A stretch of DNA of 32,000 nt from Micrococcus luteus NCTC 2665 (GCF_000023205.1 NC_012803.1:660001-692000), one strand, 5' to 3'. Shown: positions 1-9,603, counted from the stretch's first letter. The notes: generated by a model not told the origin, from the letters alone. Translations and numbers: made by a program.

Positions 1-303
1 GGCCAGGGCCGCGGCGAGCCCGTCGAGGAGGGTCAGGCGCCGGGGCAGGTGCGCCGCGGGGTCCCGCTCGGGCGCCCACCGCGCGGCCGGGGCGGCGCCG
101 ACCTCGTGGGCCCGCGTCATCCGGAGGACGCCAACGTCCTCGAGCACGAGCACGCGGTGGAACTGCCCGCCCTCCTCCACGGACGCCGCGGCCCAGTCGG
201 CTGTGCGGAGCCGGTGGGCGAGAGCGGGGTCGAGGCCGGGGCGGAGGTGCTGCAGGGCGCGGTGGACCGGCTCGAGCTCGCTGGGGGCAGGCGGGGAGAC
301 CAC
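1..303 (-). CDS. hypothetical protein, N-terminal 101 codons only (gene runs off the left window edge)
   Basis: Hand translation of the minus strand from GTG at 303 gives VVSPPAPSELEPVHRALQHLRPGLDPALAHRLRTADWAAASVEEGGQFHRVLVLEDVGVLRMTRAHEV... It is open to base 1 and has a protein-like composition. The two listed ORFs here (49..390+, 117..311-) are R/P/S-rich shadow frames. No family was recognised with confidence. Confidence 0.4.
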   Translation of the reverse strand, partial: MVSPPAPSELEPVHRALQHLRPGLDPALAHRLRTADWAAASVEEGGQFHRVLVLEDVGVLRMTRAHEVGAAPAARWAPERDPAAHLPRRLTLLDGLAAALA

Positions 304-340
304 ACGACCACGCTAACCCTCCCTCCGCCCTCCCCTCCCG

Positions 341-411
341 GACTTTCGAACGTGACATCGGGGGAATGGGGACTTTCGAACGGGAGATAGGCCCTACCTC
401 ACGTTCGAAAG
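341..411. repeat. three copies of a CTTTCGAACG(T/G)GA motif in a divergent intergenic region
   Basis: GACTTTCGAACGTGA at 341-355 and GACTTTCGAACGGGA at 371-385 are direct copies 30 bp apart. TCACGTTCGAAAG at 399-411 is the exact reverse complement of 343-355. The motif lies between the divergent starts at 303 (-) and 450 (+). Confidence 0.5.
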
Positions 412-449
412 CGCCCGGGGGCAGAGGGGGCGGGCGGATACTGGAGGGC

Positions 450-1337
450 ATGCCCGCCACCCCGCGCACGTCCCGCACCCCAGCTGTCCGACCCGCCCCC
501 GCGCTGCCCGCCCCCTCGGCGCGCACGGTGCGGTGGGAGATCGCGATCGTCCTCGGCCTCTCCCTGGGGAAGTCGGCGGTCTACGCGATCGTCCAGCTCA
601 TCGACAAGGCCACCCAGGCCCCGCTGGGGGAGCAGACCACCGTCCTCAACCCGGCCCTGGCCGACCGCTGGGCCTTCGACCTGACCTATCAGCTGCTCGG
701 CATCGGGTTCGCGCTGGTGCCGGTGGCCCTCGTGCTGCACCTGATGCACCTGCGCGGACGGGACCCGTTCCGGGTGCTCGGCCTCGACCTGCGTCGCCCC
801 GGCCGCGACCTGGCCTGGGGCCTGGGCCTGTTCGCGGCCATCGGGCTGGGCACGCTCGGCGTCTACGCCGCCGGCCGGGCCCTGGGGATCACGACGGCGA
901 TCGTCGGCTCGGCGCTCGGGGAGAGCTGGTACCAGGTGCCGGTCCTGCTCCTCTCCGCGCTGCGGCACGGACTGCTGGAGGAGGTCATCGTGGGCGCCTG
1001 GCTCGTCGACCGGCTCGGGTATCTGCAGCGGCTGCGCGCCGCGGGGCTGGCGCACGATCCGGCGCCGGCCGTGCCGTCGTCGTGGGTGAGCGCCGAAGGG
1101 CTGTACCTGCCGACCCGCGCGGCCGTGGTGGTGCTCGCCCTCGCGCTGCTGCGCGGGGCGTACCACCTGTACCAGGGGATCGGGCCGGGCGTGGGCAACG
1201 CCCTGATGGGCGTGGTGTTCGCGCTCGTGTTCCTGCGGGTGCGCCGGGTGATGCCGCTGGTCATCGCGCACACGCTGCTGGACGCCGTCGGGTTCGTCGG
1301 CTACCCGCTGCTGGCGCGGGCGGGGCTGCTCGGCTGA
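450..1337 (+). CDS. CPBP family intramembrane glutamic endopeptidase (CAAX protease-like membrane protein)
   Basis: This is the ORF 366..1337 frame. ATG at 450 is preceded by GGAGGG at 443-448. The protein is multi-TM and hydrophobic, with CPBP-type motifs (LLEEVIVGAWL, and HTLLDAVGF near the C-terminus). Confidence 0.75.
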   Translation: MPATPRTSRTPAVRPAPALPAPSARTVRWEIAIVLGLSLGKSAVYAIVQLIDKATQAPLGEQTTVLNPALADRWAFDLTYQLLGIGFALVPVALVLHLMHLRGRDPFRVLGLDLRRPGRDLAWGLGLFAAIGLGTLGVYAAGRALGITTAIVGSALGESWYQVPVLLLSALRHGLLEEVIVGAWLVDRLGYLQRLRAAGLAHDPAPAVPSSWVSAEGLYLPTRAAVVVLALALLRGAYHLYQGIGPGVGNALMGVVFALVFLRVRRVMPLVIAHTLLDAVGFVGYPLLARAGLLG

Positions 1338-1355
1338 GCCGCCCCGCCCCCGCGC

Positions 1356-1991
1356 TCAGAGCGTGACCTCGCCCTTCGGGGTGCGGAAGGTGACCGAGAC
1401 GATGCCCGGGGTGCCGGAGGGCGCGACGTACTCGATGTTCACGTCCTGGACCTGGCCGTCCTCGTCGTCGCCGAGCCACTCGGCGAGGCGCTCGGGGGAG
1501 CCGGCGATGTTCAGGCGCTCGATGGTGGCCTGCGGCTCGGCCGCCTGCGAGGGGTGCATGTCCTCCTGGCCGTCGGCCCAGCGCAGGATGAACGGCAGCT
1601 GCGGGTCCGCGAGGGTTCCCTTGATGCCGATCTGCCGCCAGGACAGCTCCCGGCCGTCCGGGAAGCGACGGTTGCCGGGGACGGCCTCGCGGCCGAGGCG
1701 GCGCTCGAAGCGGCCGATGTCCGTGGTGGACACGGCCCAGCTCATCCAGCCCCCGCCCTGCTCGGTGCGGGCGCGCACGAGCTGGCCGAACGGCGCGCTG
1801 AGGGAGGCCGGGTGGTCCAGGGCCTCGACGACCTCCAGATACTGCCTGCCCGCCATGGGGAACAGGGCGTTCTGCGTGCCGAAGCGGGGGTGGACACCGC
1901 CCTTGATCCGCTCGATGCCCAGCGTCTCGGCGATGCGGGCGACCGTGGCGTCCAGGCCCTCGGGGCCGGCGGCGTAGGACACGTGGTCCAT
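1356..1991 (-). CDS. VOC/glyoxalase-like domain protein
   Basis: This is the ORF 1356..2327 frame. The internal ATG at 1991 (MDHVSYAAGPEGLDATVARIAETLG...) starts the protein-like part, and the sequence upstream of it is R/P-rich junk. The overall pattern resembles Glyoxalase_3/VOC proteins. Confidence 0.65.
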   Translation of the reverse strand: MDHVSYAAGPEGLDATVARIAETLGIERIKGGVHPRFGTQNALFPMAGRQYLEVVEALDHPASLSAPFGQLVRARTEQGGGWMSWAVSTTDIGRFERRLGREAVPGNRRFPDGRELSWRQIGIKGTLADPQLPFILRWADGQEDMHPSQAAEPQATIERLNIAGSPERLAEWLGDDEDGQVQDVNIEYVAPSGTPGIVSVTFRTPKGEVTL

Positions 1992-2168
1992 GCGACAGGT
2001 GTGCACTGCGCTGTTCCTCTCCGTTCCCGGGCTGCCCCGGGGGTTGACCTGGTGCGAGTCGCGGGGCGTCGAGCCCTTGACGGGTCGGGCGCCCCGTGCG
2101 GAGAGCGTATCCGCGGGTGACACGCGTGACGAAATCGTGGCGGGGCGGCGGGCTACACTCGGAGGCAC

Positions 2169-2284
2169 GGTCACGAGAGTCAGCAACAGGCCCCGGCATG
2201 CTGACCGGCAACCCTCCTTCCGCGGTGGGGTGCCCCGGGTGACGACCAGGCCGGCCCCACAACGGACGCCGGCAAGCGCGGGCC
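2169..2284 (+). promoter_or_regulatory. SAM-IV riboswitch (S-adenosylmethionine sensing) in the metY-metX leader
   Basis: GGTCACGAGAGTCAGCAACAGGCCCCGGCATGCTGACCGGCAACCCTCCTTCCGCGGTGGGGTGCCCCGGGTGACGACCAGG...GGCAAGCGCGGGCC follows the conserved SAM-IV core as I remember it from mycobacterial examples: GCCCCGGC..GCTG.CCGGCAACCCTCC..CGCGGTGGGGTGCCCCGGGTGA.GACCAGG ... GGCAAGCGCGGG. It sits upstream of methionine-biosynthesis genes. Confidence 0.85.
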
Positions 2285-2414
2285 GATCCCACGGCCCCTC
2301 TCGACGGCGCCGGGTCATCTCCGGCACCTCGACGACGCCGGTCCGCGAATCGGCACGTCGGCCGGCGGGCGGGGCGGCCGGGTCCGGCCCCTGAACCCCT
2401 CAGGAGGGTCCGCC

Positions 2415-3782
2415 ATGACCGACCAGACCACCCCGACCCCCGACGCCTGGGGCTTCTCCACCGCGCAGGTCCACGCGGGCGTCGCCGTCGGCCAGCACGC
2501 CTTCGGTGCGACCGCCCTGCCGATCTTCCAGACCACCTCGTACGACTTCCCGTCCGCCCAGGTGGCCGCGGACCGGTTCGCGCTCAAGGACCTCGACCCG
2601 CTCTACACCCGCATCGGCAACCCGACGCAGGGCCCGGTGGAGGAGAAGATCGCCGCGCTCGAGGGCGGTGTGGGCGCGCTGCTGCTGGCCTCCGGTCAGG
2701 CGGCGACCACGTTCGCGATCCTCAACGTCGCCGGCGCCGGCGACCACGTGGTCGCCTCGGCCAGCCTCTACGGCGGCACGCAGAACCTGTTCAAGCACAC
2801 CCTCGCCAAGGTCGGCGTCGAGACGACGTTCGTGACCGACCCGGACGACCTCGAGTCCTGGCGCGCCGCCGTCCGGCCGAACACCACGGCGTTCTTCGGC
2901 GAGACCCTCGGCAACCCGCGCGGGGACGTCCTGGACGTGCGCGCCGTCGCCGACGCCGCCCACGAGGCCGGCGTGCCGCTGATCGTGGACAACACGCTGG
3001 CCACCCCGTACCTGCTGCGGCCCATCGAGCACGGCGCCGACGTCGTCACCCACTCCGCCACGAAGTACCTCGGCGGGCACGCCGCGGCCATCGCGGGCGT
3101 GATCGTCGACGCCGGCACGTTCGACTACGCGCAGCACGCCGAGCGGTACCCCGGCTTCAACGAGCCGGACGAGTCGTACCACGGCCTCGTCTACGCGCGG
3201 GACCTCGGGGTGGGCTCGCCGCTCGGCGCCAACCTGGCCTTCATCCTCAAGGCGCGCGTGCAACTGCTGCGCGACTACGGCTCGGCCATCTCCCCGTTCA
3301 ACGCGTTCCTGGTGAACCTCGGCCTGGAGACCCTGTCCCTGCGCATGGAGCGGCAGGTGGCCAACGCGGCCGCCGTCGCGCGCTGGCTCGAGGGCCGCGA
3401 CGACGTCGAGCACGTGGTCTACGCCGGCCTGGAGTCCAGCCCGTGGCACGAGCGCGCCCAGCGCTACCTGCCGAAGGGCGCGGGCGCGTTCGTCTCCTTC
3501 GAGATCGCGGGCGGCCGCGAGGCCGGGGCCGCGTTCGTGGACGGGCTCACCCTGCACCACCACGTGGCCAACATCGGCGACGTCCGCTCGCTCGTGGTGC
3601 ACCCGGCCTCGACCACCCACTCCCAGCTCACCGACGACGAGCAGCGCGCCGCCGGCGTCACCCCCGGCCTGGTGCGGCTCTCGCTCGGCGTGGAGGACAT
3701 CGAGGACATCCTCGCCGACCTCGAGCGCGGCTTCGCGGCCGCCGCTCGCCGCGGCGACGACGACGCGGGGGAGCGGGCATGA
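2415..3782 (+). CDS. metY: O-acetylhomoserine aminocarboxypropyltransferase / O-acetylhomoserine sulfhydrylase (PLP-dependent)
   Basis: This 455-aa ORF has GGAGGG 7 nt upstream of the ATG. It shows Cys/Met-metabolism PLP family signatures (HSATKYLGGH with the PLP lysine, VRLSLGVEDIEDILADL). It is followed by metX with an ATGA overlap. Confidence 0.92.
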   Translation: MTDQTTPTPDAWGFSTAQVHAGVAVGQHAFGATALPIFQTTSYDFPSAQVAADRFALKDLDPLYTRIGNPTQGPVEEKIAALEGGVGALLLASGQAATTFAILNVAGAGDHVVASASLYGGTQNLFKHTLAKVGVETTFVTDPDDLESWRAAVRPNTTAFFGETLGNPRGDVLDVRAVADAAHEAGVPLIVDNTLATPYLLRPIEHGADVVTHSATKYLGGHAAAIAGVIVDAGTFDYAQHAERYPGFNEPDESYHGLVYARDLGVGSPLGANLAFILKARVQLLRDYGSAISPFNAFLVNLGLETLSLRMERQVANAAAVARWLEGRDDVEHVVYAGLESSPWHERAQRYLPKGAGAFVSFEIAGGREAGAAFVDGLTLHHHVANIGDVRSLVVHPASTTHSQLTDDEQRAAGVTPGLVRLSLGVEDIEDILADLERGFAAAARRGDDDAGERA

Positions 3783-4909
3783 CCGCCGTCGCCACGCGTC
3801 CGTCGCGCACCGCGCTGCCCCGCGGCGGCCGCCACCGTCTGCGGGTCGGCGAGCTGCGCACCGAGACCGGCGGGCTGCTGCCCGACGTCGAGCTGACCTA
3901 CGAGACCTGGGGCACCCTCGCCGCCGACGGCTCCAACGCCGTGCTCGTGCTGCACGCCCTCACCGGCGACGCGCACGTGGCCGCGCACGAGGAGGACCCG
4001 ACGCCGGGCTGGTGGGACGCCCTCGTCGGCCCGGGCCGCGCCGTGGACACGGACCGGTGGTTCGTGGTCGCCCCCGCCATGATCGGCGGCTGCCACGGCT
4101 CCACCGGGCCCTCGACGCCCGCGCCCGACGGGCGGCCCTGGGGCTCCCGGTTCCCGTTCCTCACGCTGCGGGACGCGGTCGAGGCCGAGCGGCGCCTGGC
4201 CGACCACCTCGGGATCGGCGCGTGGCGTGCCGTGATCGGCGGATCGATGGGCGGGGCCCGCGCCCTCGAGTGGGCCGCGACCCACCCCGCGCGCGTCGCC
4301 GGGGTGGGCGTGCTGGCCGCCACCGCGGCCTCCTCCGCCGACCAGATCGCGTGGGGCCAGGCGCAGACCGCGGCCATCCGCCTCGACCCGGACTTCCAGG
4401 GCGGCGACTACTACCCCGGCCCCGGCCCCGTGGCCGGCCTGGGCATCGCCCGGCGCATCGCCCACACCACCTACCGCACGGCGGGCGAGCTCGGCCAGCG
4501 GTTCGGCCGGGAACCGCAGGGCGTCGAGGACCCGTTCGGCGCCGTCGTCGGGGTGCCGGGCGGGCGCGGGCGCTACGCCGTGGAGTCCTACCTGGACCAC
4601 CAGGCGGCCAAGCTCACCGACCGGTTCGACGCGAACTCCTACCTCGTGGTCACCGAGGCCCTCATGGGCCACGACGTCGGGCGCGGGCGCGGCGGCGTGG
4701 CGGCGGCGCTCGCGGACTACCGGGGCCGGGCGTTCGTGGCCGCCGTCGACTCGGACCGGCTCTACCTGCCGGCCGAGTCCGAGGCGCTCGCGGCGGCGCT
4801 GCCCGCGCGGCCGCCGGTGCACACGATCGCCTCGCCCATCGGCCACGACGGGTTCCTCACCGAATACGGCCAGGTGGCCGACACGCTGAAGCGCACCCTC
4901 GCCCTCTGA
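3779..4909 (+). CDS. metX: homoserine O-acetyltransferase
   Basis: This is the ORF 3443..4909 frame. ATG at 3779 overlaps the metY stop (ATGA). The protein reads MTAVATRPS...LVLHALTGDAHVA...IGGSMGGARALEWA (alpha/beta-hydrolase nucleophile elbow GxSxG) ...SPIGHDGFL, typical of MetX. Confidence 0.9.
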   Translation: MTAVATRPSRTALPRGGRHRLRVGELRTETGGLLPDVELTYETWGTLAADGSNAVLVLHALTGDAHVAAHEEDPTPGWWDALVGPGRAVDTDRWFVVAPAMIGGCHGSTGPSTPAPDGRPWGSRFPFLTLRDAVEAERRLADHLGIGAWRAVIGGSMGGARALEWAATHPARVAGVGVLAATAASSADQIAWGQAQTAAIRLDPDFQGGDYYPGPGPVAGLGIARRIAHTTYRTAGELGQRFGREPQGVEDPFGAVVGVPGGRGRYAVESYLDHQAAKLTDRFDANSYLVVTEALMGHDVGRGRGGVAAALADYRGRAFVAAVDSDRLYLPAESEALAAALPARPPVHTIASPIGHDGFLTEYGQVADTLKRTLAL

Positions 4910-4963
4910 ACTTTCGTTCGGGAAACGGCGGCGTGTCGCGGCACTGTCGTTCGGGAAACGGAC

Positions 4964-4983
4964 CCCGGCCCCCGCCGGCCGGG
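4964..4983. terminator. GC-rich hairpin between convergent metX and the SGNH hydrolase gene
   Basis: CCCGGCC (4964-4970) pairs with GGCCGGG (4977-4983) around a 6-nt loop. It lies between two convergent stop codons (4909 and 4985). There is no U-tract. Confidence 0.35.
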
Positions 4984-4984
4984 C

Positions 4985-5878
4985 TCAGGGCTCGACGACG
5001 TCCAGCGGCTCGGTGTGGTCCGAGCCCTGCGGCATCGGCGCGCCGAAGAGCGGCTCGGGGACGGGGCGCTTGGCCGTGACGCCGTCGCCCGAGGAGACGC
5101 CGCGGAGGCGGCGGACCACCCACGGCGCCAGGTGCGTGCGCACCCATGCGGCGTCCGACGCGCGGGCCGCGCGCCACGTGCGCGGCGCCGGCGGGGCCAG
5201 GCGCAGGTGCTCGAGGCCGTGCTCCACGCCGAGGGTGTCCAGCACCATCGCGGCGATCGTGTGGTGGCCGAGCGCGGAGAAGTGCAGGCGGTCCTCGGTC
5301 CACATCTCCCGCCGGGCGAGGTCCTTGAGCGACCACATGTCCGGCACCAGCGCGTCGTGCCGCAGGGCGATGGTGCGCACGTTCTCGTTGTAGATCGCCA
5401 CGGTGCCGCGGATGCGGCCGATGACGGGCGTGCCCTTCACGTCGGTCGCGTTGAACAGCAGCACGGTGGCGCCGTCGGAGGCCAGGCGCTCGACGACGGC
5501 GTCCAGCCGGACCGCGATCTCGTCCGGGTCCGCGCCGCGCAGGATGTCGTTGCCGCCCGCGCAGACGCTGATGAGGTCCGGCCGCAGGGCGAGCGCCGGC
5601 TCGACCTGGTCCTCGGCGATCTGGTCCAGCAGCTTCCCGCGGACCGCCAGGTTGGCGTAGGCCAGGTCCTCACTGGGCGGGGTCAGGCGGGAGAGCTCCT
5701 CGGCCAGGCGGTCAGCCCAGCCGCGGTGGTAGCCGGGGCGGTCCGGGTCCGGGTCGCCGATGCCCTCGGAGAACGAGTCCCCGATGGCGACGTAGCGGCG
5801 CCAGGGATGGGCGGCAGGGTCGTCGACCGGGGTCGCGTCGGAGGCGTGCGGAGTCTGGGAGGAGGAAGGGTTACCCAC
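4985..5878 (-). CDS. SGNH/GDSL hydrolase family protein
   Basis: This 297-aa ORF has block I (YVAIGDSFSEGIGD), block III (GGNDILR) and the DxxH-type C-terminal block (DRLHFSALGHH). Confidence 0.85.
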   Translation of the reverse strand: MGNPSSSQTPHASDATPVDDPAAHPWRRYVAIGDSFSEGIGDPDPDRPGYHRGWADRLAEELSRLTPPSEDLAYANLAVRGKLLDQIAEDQVEPALALRPDLISVCAGGNDILRGADPDEIAVRLDAVVERLASDGATVLLFNATDVKGTPVIGRIRGTVAIYNENVRTIALRHDALVPDMWSLKDLARREMWTEDRLHFSALGHHTIAAMVLDTLGVEHGLEHLRLAPPAPRTWRAARASDAAWVRTHLAPWVVRRLRGVSSGDGVTAKRPVPEPLFGAPMPQGSDHTEPLDVVEP

Positions 5879-5958
5879 GGGTAGGATTCTGCCCGCGTCG
5901 CGCGGGAGGGGTCAACCGCCGGGTGGGGCCGACCGCGCCGCTCGCTAGGCTGGCGGGC

Positions 5959-6651
5959 GTGAACGCGAACCCCACCCCCGCCGTCGAACCCGTTGTCCGC
6001 TGGTCCCGCCCCGAGGGCGAGCGCACCGAGGACCTGCTGATCGTCCTGCACGGCTACGGCGCGAACGAGGACGACCTGTTCGGCCTCGTCCCGCACCTGC
6101 CCGAGCACGTCACGGTGGCCGCCGTGCGCGCGCCCCTGCCCCTGCAGCCGGGCTCCTACGCCTGGTTCCCGCTCTCCCAGGACCCGGTCACGGGCGAGCT
6201 GGGCTCCACCGCCGAGCCGGTCCGCGAGGCCGTCGAGGCCCTGCACGCCTGGGTGCAGGCCGTGCGCGGGGACTTCCGCACCGTCTCCCTGCTCGGCTTC
6301 TCACAGGGCATGGCGATGGCCACGTCGCTGCTGCGCCTGGACCCGGAGGCCTACGCGTGCACCGTGGCGCTGTCCGGCTTCGTGGTGGACCCGGAGCTCA
6401 CCGAGCCGCGGCTGCGTGAGCTGTTCACTCGCGACGACGACGTCGCCCGCCTCCGACCGAAGGTCTTCTGGGGCCGCGGCCAGGAGGATCCGATCATCTC
6501 CGAGCCCCGGGTGGAGGAGACCCATGCCTGGCTGAACGCCCACGTGGACCTCATGAAGATCGTCTACGCCGGGCTCGGCCACGCGATCAACGAGCAGGAG
6601 CTGGGCCACGTGAAGGAGTACCTCACGCACATGGTGCCGCCCCGCGGCTGA
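5959..6651 (+). CDS. alpha/beta hydrolase, phospholipase/carboxylesterase family
   Basis: This is the ORF 5923..6651 frame. The protein has LIVLHGYGANEDDL, the nucleophile elbow GFSQGMAM, and a C-terminal GLGHAI. The start is ambiguous between GTG 5923 and GTG 5959. Confidence 0.75.
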   Translation: MNANPTPAVEPVVRWSRPEGERTEDLLIVLHGYGANEDDLFGLVPHLPEHVTVAAVRAPLPLQPGSYAWFPLSQDPVTGELGSTAEPVREAVEALHAWVQAVRGDFRTVSLLGFSQGMAMATSLLRLDPEAYACTVALSGFVVDPELTEPRLRELFTRDDDVARLRPKVFWGRGQEDPIISEPRVEETHAWLNAHVDLMKIVYAGLGHAINEQELGHVKEYLTHMVPPRG

Positions 6652-6703
6652 CGCACCGGACCCGCCCGACGACGGCGCCACGGCCGCCCGCCGGGGCGCC
6701 GGC

Positions 6704-6958
6704 TCAGGCCTGCTCGGCCTGGACGACGAACGCCTCTCCGGCGAACTCGACGACGTCCCCGTCGTGCAGCTGGGCGCCGCGGCGCGTCTCCACCGCGCCG
6801 TTGACGGTGACGAGCCCGTCGGTGACGACGTCGCGGGCCATGGCCCCGTCGTCCACGAGGGAGGCGAGCTTGAGCGCCTGGCCGAGGCGGATGGACTCGT
6901 CACGGATGGGCAGGGGCTGGGCGTCGGGTGCGTTCGTCTCGGTCATGGTGTCCATCAT
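6704..6958 (-). CDS. RNA-binding S4 domain protein (YbcJ-like)
   Basis: Only the last 84 codons of the 442-aa ORF 6704..8032 look real: MMDTMTETNAPDAQPLPIRDESIRLGQALKLASLVDDGAMARDVVTDGLVTVNGAVETRRGAQLHDGDVVEF. This is an S4-fold pattern. The rest of that ORF is antisense to glyQS. Confidence 0.7.
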   Translation of the reverse strand: MMDTMTETNAPDAQPLPIRDESIRLGQALKLASLVDDGAMARDVVTDGLVTVNGAVETRRGAQLHDGDVVEFAGEAFVVQAEQA

Positions 6959-7087
6959 GGCCGGTAGGCTGGACGGGATCGACCGGCGCGCCGCGCCGGA
7001 ACGGGCCCGCCGCGTCGAAGGCGGCCGGGTGCCGTCGTCGTCGTGATCCCCTCCCGCCCCGCCGATGAGTACGGAAGTGATGCCTCC

Positions 7088-8470
7088 ATGGCTGCCAAGT
7101 CCCCGCTGGACAACGTCATCAACCTCGCCAAGCGCCGAGGCTTCGTGTTCCAGGCCGGTGAGATCTACGGCGGTTCGCGCTCCGCGTGGGACTACGGGCC
7201 CCTGGGCGTGGAGCTGAAGGAGAACATCAAGGCCGAGTGGTGGAAGACCTTCGTGCGCTCCCGTGAGGACATGGTGGGCCTGGACTCCTCGATCATCCTG
7301 CCGCGCGCGGTGTGGGAGGCCTCCGGCCACGTCGAGACCTTCACCGACCCGCTCGTGGAGTGCACCCAGTGCCACAGGCGCCACCGCCAGGACCACCTGC
7401 TCGAGGCGTTCGAGGCCAAGAAGGGCCGGCCGGCCGAGGGCATGGCCGAGATCGTGTGCCCGGACTGCGGAACCCAGGGCGCCTGGACCGAGCCGCAGCT
7501 GTTCTCGGGCCTGGTCAAGACCTACCTCGGCCCCGTGGACAACGAGGAGGGCCTGCACTACCTGCGCCCGGAGACGGCGCAGGGCATCTTCGTGAACTTC
7601 CTCAACGTGCTGGGCGCGGCCCGGAAGAAGCCGCCGTTCGGCATCGGCCAGATCGGCAAGGCGTTCCGCAACGAGATCACCCCGGGCAACTTCATCTTCC
7701 GCACCCGCGAGTTCGAGCAGATGGAGATCGAGTACTTCGTGCCGCCGGCCGAGGCGGGCCAGCACTTCGACCGCTGGGTGGAGGACTGCTGGGACTGGTT
7801 CATCGACCTCGGCATCGACCCCGCGCACCTGCGGAAGTTCGACGTCCCCGCGGACGAGCGGGCCCACTACTCGGACGCCACGATCGACCTCGAGTACGAC
7901 TTCGGCTTCACCGGCGGCGACGGCTGGGGCGAGCTGATGGGCATCGCGAACCGCACCGACTACGACCTGGGCCGGCACACCGAGCACTCGGGCACCAAGA
8001 TGCAGTACTTCGACCAGGCCAACAACGAGCACTACACCCCGTACGTGATCGAGCCGTCCTTCGGCCTGACCCGCGCCATGATGGCGTTCCTCGTGGACGC
8101 CTACGCCGAGGACGAGGCCCCGAACGCCAAGGGCGGCGTGGACGTGCGCACCGTGCTCAAGCTGGACCCGCGCCTGGCCCCGGTCAAGGCCGCCGTGCTC
8201 CCGCTGTCGAGGAAGGCCGAGCTGCAGCCGGCCACCCAGTCCCTCGCGGCGGAGCTGCGCGGCCTCTGGAACATCGAGACGGACGACTCCGGCGCGATCG
8301 GCCGTCGCTACCGCCGCCAGGACGAGATCGGCACCCCGTTCTGCATCACCGTGGACTTCGACACCCTCGAGGACCAGGCCGTGACCATCCGCGAGCGGGA
8401 CACCATGGCCCAGGAGCGCGTGGCGCTGTCCCAGGTGAAGTCCTACCTGCTGGAGCGCCTGGTCAAGTGA
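7088..8470 (+). CDS. glyQS: glycine--tRNA ligase (class II, homodimeric type)
   Basis: This is the ORF 7043..8470 frame with ATG at 7088. The protein reads [48 protein letters not shown]...[11 protein letters not shown]...[25 protein letters not shown], the canonical GlyRS class II motifs. Confidence 0.95.
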   Translation: MAAKSPLDNVINLAKRRGFVFQAGEIYGGSRSAWDYGPLGVELKENIKAEWWKTFVRSREDMVGLDSSIILPRAVWEASGHVETFTDPLVECTQCHRRHRQDHLLEAFEAKKGRPAEGMAEIVCPDCGTQGAWTEPQLFSGLVKTYLGPVDNEEGLHYLRPETAQGIFVNFLNVLGAARKKPPFGIGQIGKAFRNEITPGNFIFRTREFEQMEIEYFVPPAEAGQHFDRWVEDCWDWFIDLGIDPAHLRKFDVPADERAHYSDATIDLEYDFGFTGGDGWGELMGIANRTDYDLGRHTEHSGTKMQYFDQANNEHYTPYVIEPSFGLTRAMMAFLVDAYAEDEAPNAKGGVDVRTVLKLDPRLAPVKAAVLPLSRKAELQPATQSLAAELRGLWNIETDDSGAIGRRYRRQDEIGTPFCITVDFDTLEDQAVTIRERDTMAQERVALSQVKSYLLERLVK

Positions 8471-9603
8471 GCGGGGACGTGACGGGAGCGGCCGGGGCCG
8501 CGGGGCACGACGACGGCGGCGCGCCGTTCGACGCCGCCGCGGTGGCCGGCGGGGAGATCGTGCTGCGTCCCTGGCGGCCCGGGGACGACCTGGCCCTGCT
8601 CGAGGTGTGGGGTGACCCGGCCAACGCGCAGCAGCACCAGGACCGGGCGATGCTCGCCGAGGACGCGGAACGGCCCTGGCGCCGCGCGCTCGTGGCCGAG
8701 GCCGCCGGCGTGCCGGTGGCGGCGGGCGTCGTCTACGCCTCGTCCGTGCACCCGCGGCGGCTGTGGCTGTACGTCGAGACCGCGGCCGCCGAGCGGCGCC
8801 GGGGCATCGGCCGGGCGCTCGTGGCGGCCCTGCGGGGGCTCGCCGAGGAGGCGCACGCCGCCGGCGCCATCCCGACGACGGCTCTGAAGGCTCGGTTCGC
8901 CAAGGACGCCCTGGTGCCCGGTGTGGCCGGCGCCGACCCGCAGACCGAGGCCGACGGTGCGACGGGCCGCCCGCCCGTGGACACGGACGCCGTGCGCTCC
9001 CAGACCGCCGCGCTGGCCGCCGGCACCGAGGCGTTCCTCGTGGCCGAGGGCTTCACCCCCGTGCAGCGCTCCCGCCGCGTCGCGATCGCCCCGGGTGCCA
9101 TCGGCCTGCCGGACGTGCGCGGGGAGGAGCACCCGGATGGCGTGGTCCTCGAGGAGGCCTCGACCGGCTCCGTCGAGCTGACGCAGGCGGTCGCCGCGTT
9201 CTATGACGCCGTGCACGCGTGGGACCCGTCGACCCTGAGCGTCGGGGCCGCCCAGCAGCTGCTGCTGGGCCCGGCCACCGGGGCCGCGGGCGCCGTCGTG
9301 CTCCGCGACGCGCCGAAGGCCGAGGGCGGGCGCATCCGCGCGTTCGCGGTGTCCTACACCCCGGAGCGCCAGGACGCGCCGGCCGACGTGCTCGTGGGCT
9401 GGGACCCGGAGCTGGGGGAGGAGGACGCGCTGCAGGCCGTGGCCGACCTGCTCGCCCTGCTCGTGGCCCAGTACCCCGTGCAGATCGAGGTGGACGAGGC
9501 GATGGCCCCGCTGGAGCGGATCGTGGACGGGCTCATCGGCGGCAACGCGGCGCGGACGCTGGTGGACACGTACGTGTTCGTGGACGACGCGCCGGGCGCG
9601 TGA
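8467..9603 (+). CDS. GNAT family N-acetyltransferase (about 378 aa, long C-terminal extension)
   Basis: This is the 3' third of ORF 7312..9603. GTG at 8467 overlaps the glyQS stop (GTGA), and GTG 8479 is an alternative start. The N-terminal part has a GNAT acetyl-CoA motif ([13 protein letters not shown]). The part of that ORF upstream of 8467 is an off-frame shadow of glyQS. Confidence 0.6.
   Translation: MSGDVTGAAGAAGHDDGGAPFDAAAVAGGEIVLRPWRPGDDLALLEVWGDPANAQQHQDRAMLAEDAERPWRRALVAEAAGVPVAAGVVYASSVHPRRLWLYVETAAAERRRGIGRALVAALRGLAEEAHAAGAIPTTALKARFAKDALVPGVAGADPQTEADGATGRPPVDTDAVRSQTAALAAGTEAFLVAEGFTPVQRSRRVAIAPGAIGLPDVRGEEHPDGVVLEEASTGSVELTQAVAAFYDAVHAWDPSTLSVGAAQQLLLGPATGAAGAVVLRDAPKAEGGRIRAFAVSYTPERQDAPADVLVGWDPELGEEDALQAVADLLALLVAQYPVQIEVDEAMAPLERIVDGLIGGNAARTLVDTYVFVDDAPGA

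Noticed and set aside
2400-4846. Long antisense ORFs 2400..3620(-) and 3464..4846(-) opposite metY/metX
   Set aside because: They are R/G/V/D-rich, low-complexity mirror frames of genes with unambiguous motifs. The same applies to 399..1271(-), 533..1366(+), 1261..2292(-), 5015..5884(+), 9683..11719(-), 21642..23150(-), 22094..23452(+), 23086..24501(-), 23958..25085(+), 24697..25848(+), 25794..27515(+), 28524..29657(+), 29572..30723(+) and 29687..31444(-).
6959-7087. Possible T-box or other leader upstream of glyQS
   Set aside because: The leader is only about 130 nt long, and no specifier-loop or T-box consensus was recognisable by eye.
7312-9603. 763-aa ORF overlapping glyQS
   Set aside because: Upstream of 8467 it is an off-frame shadow of glyQS with R/P/G-rich composition. 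Only the part after the glyQS stop (the GNAT protein) is kept.
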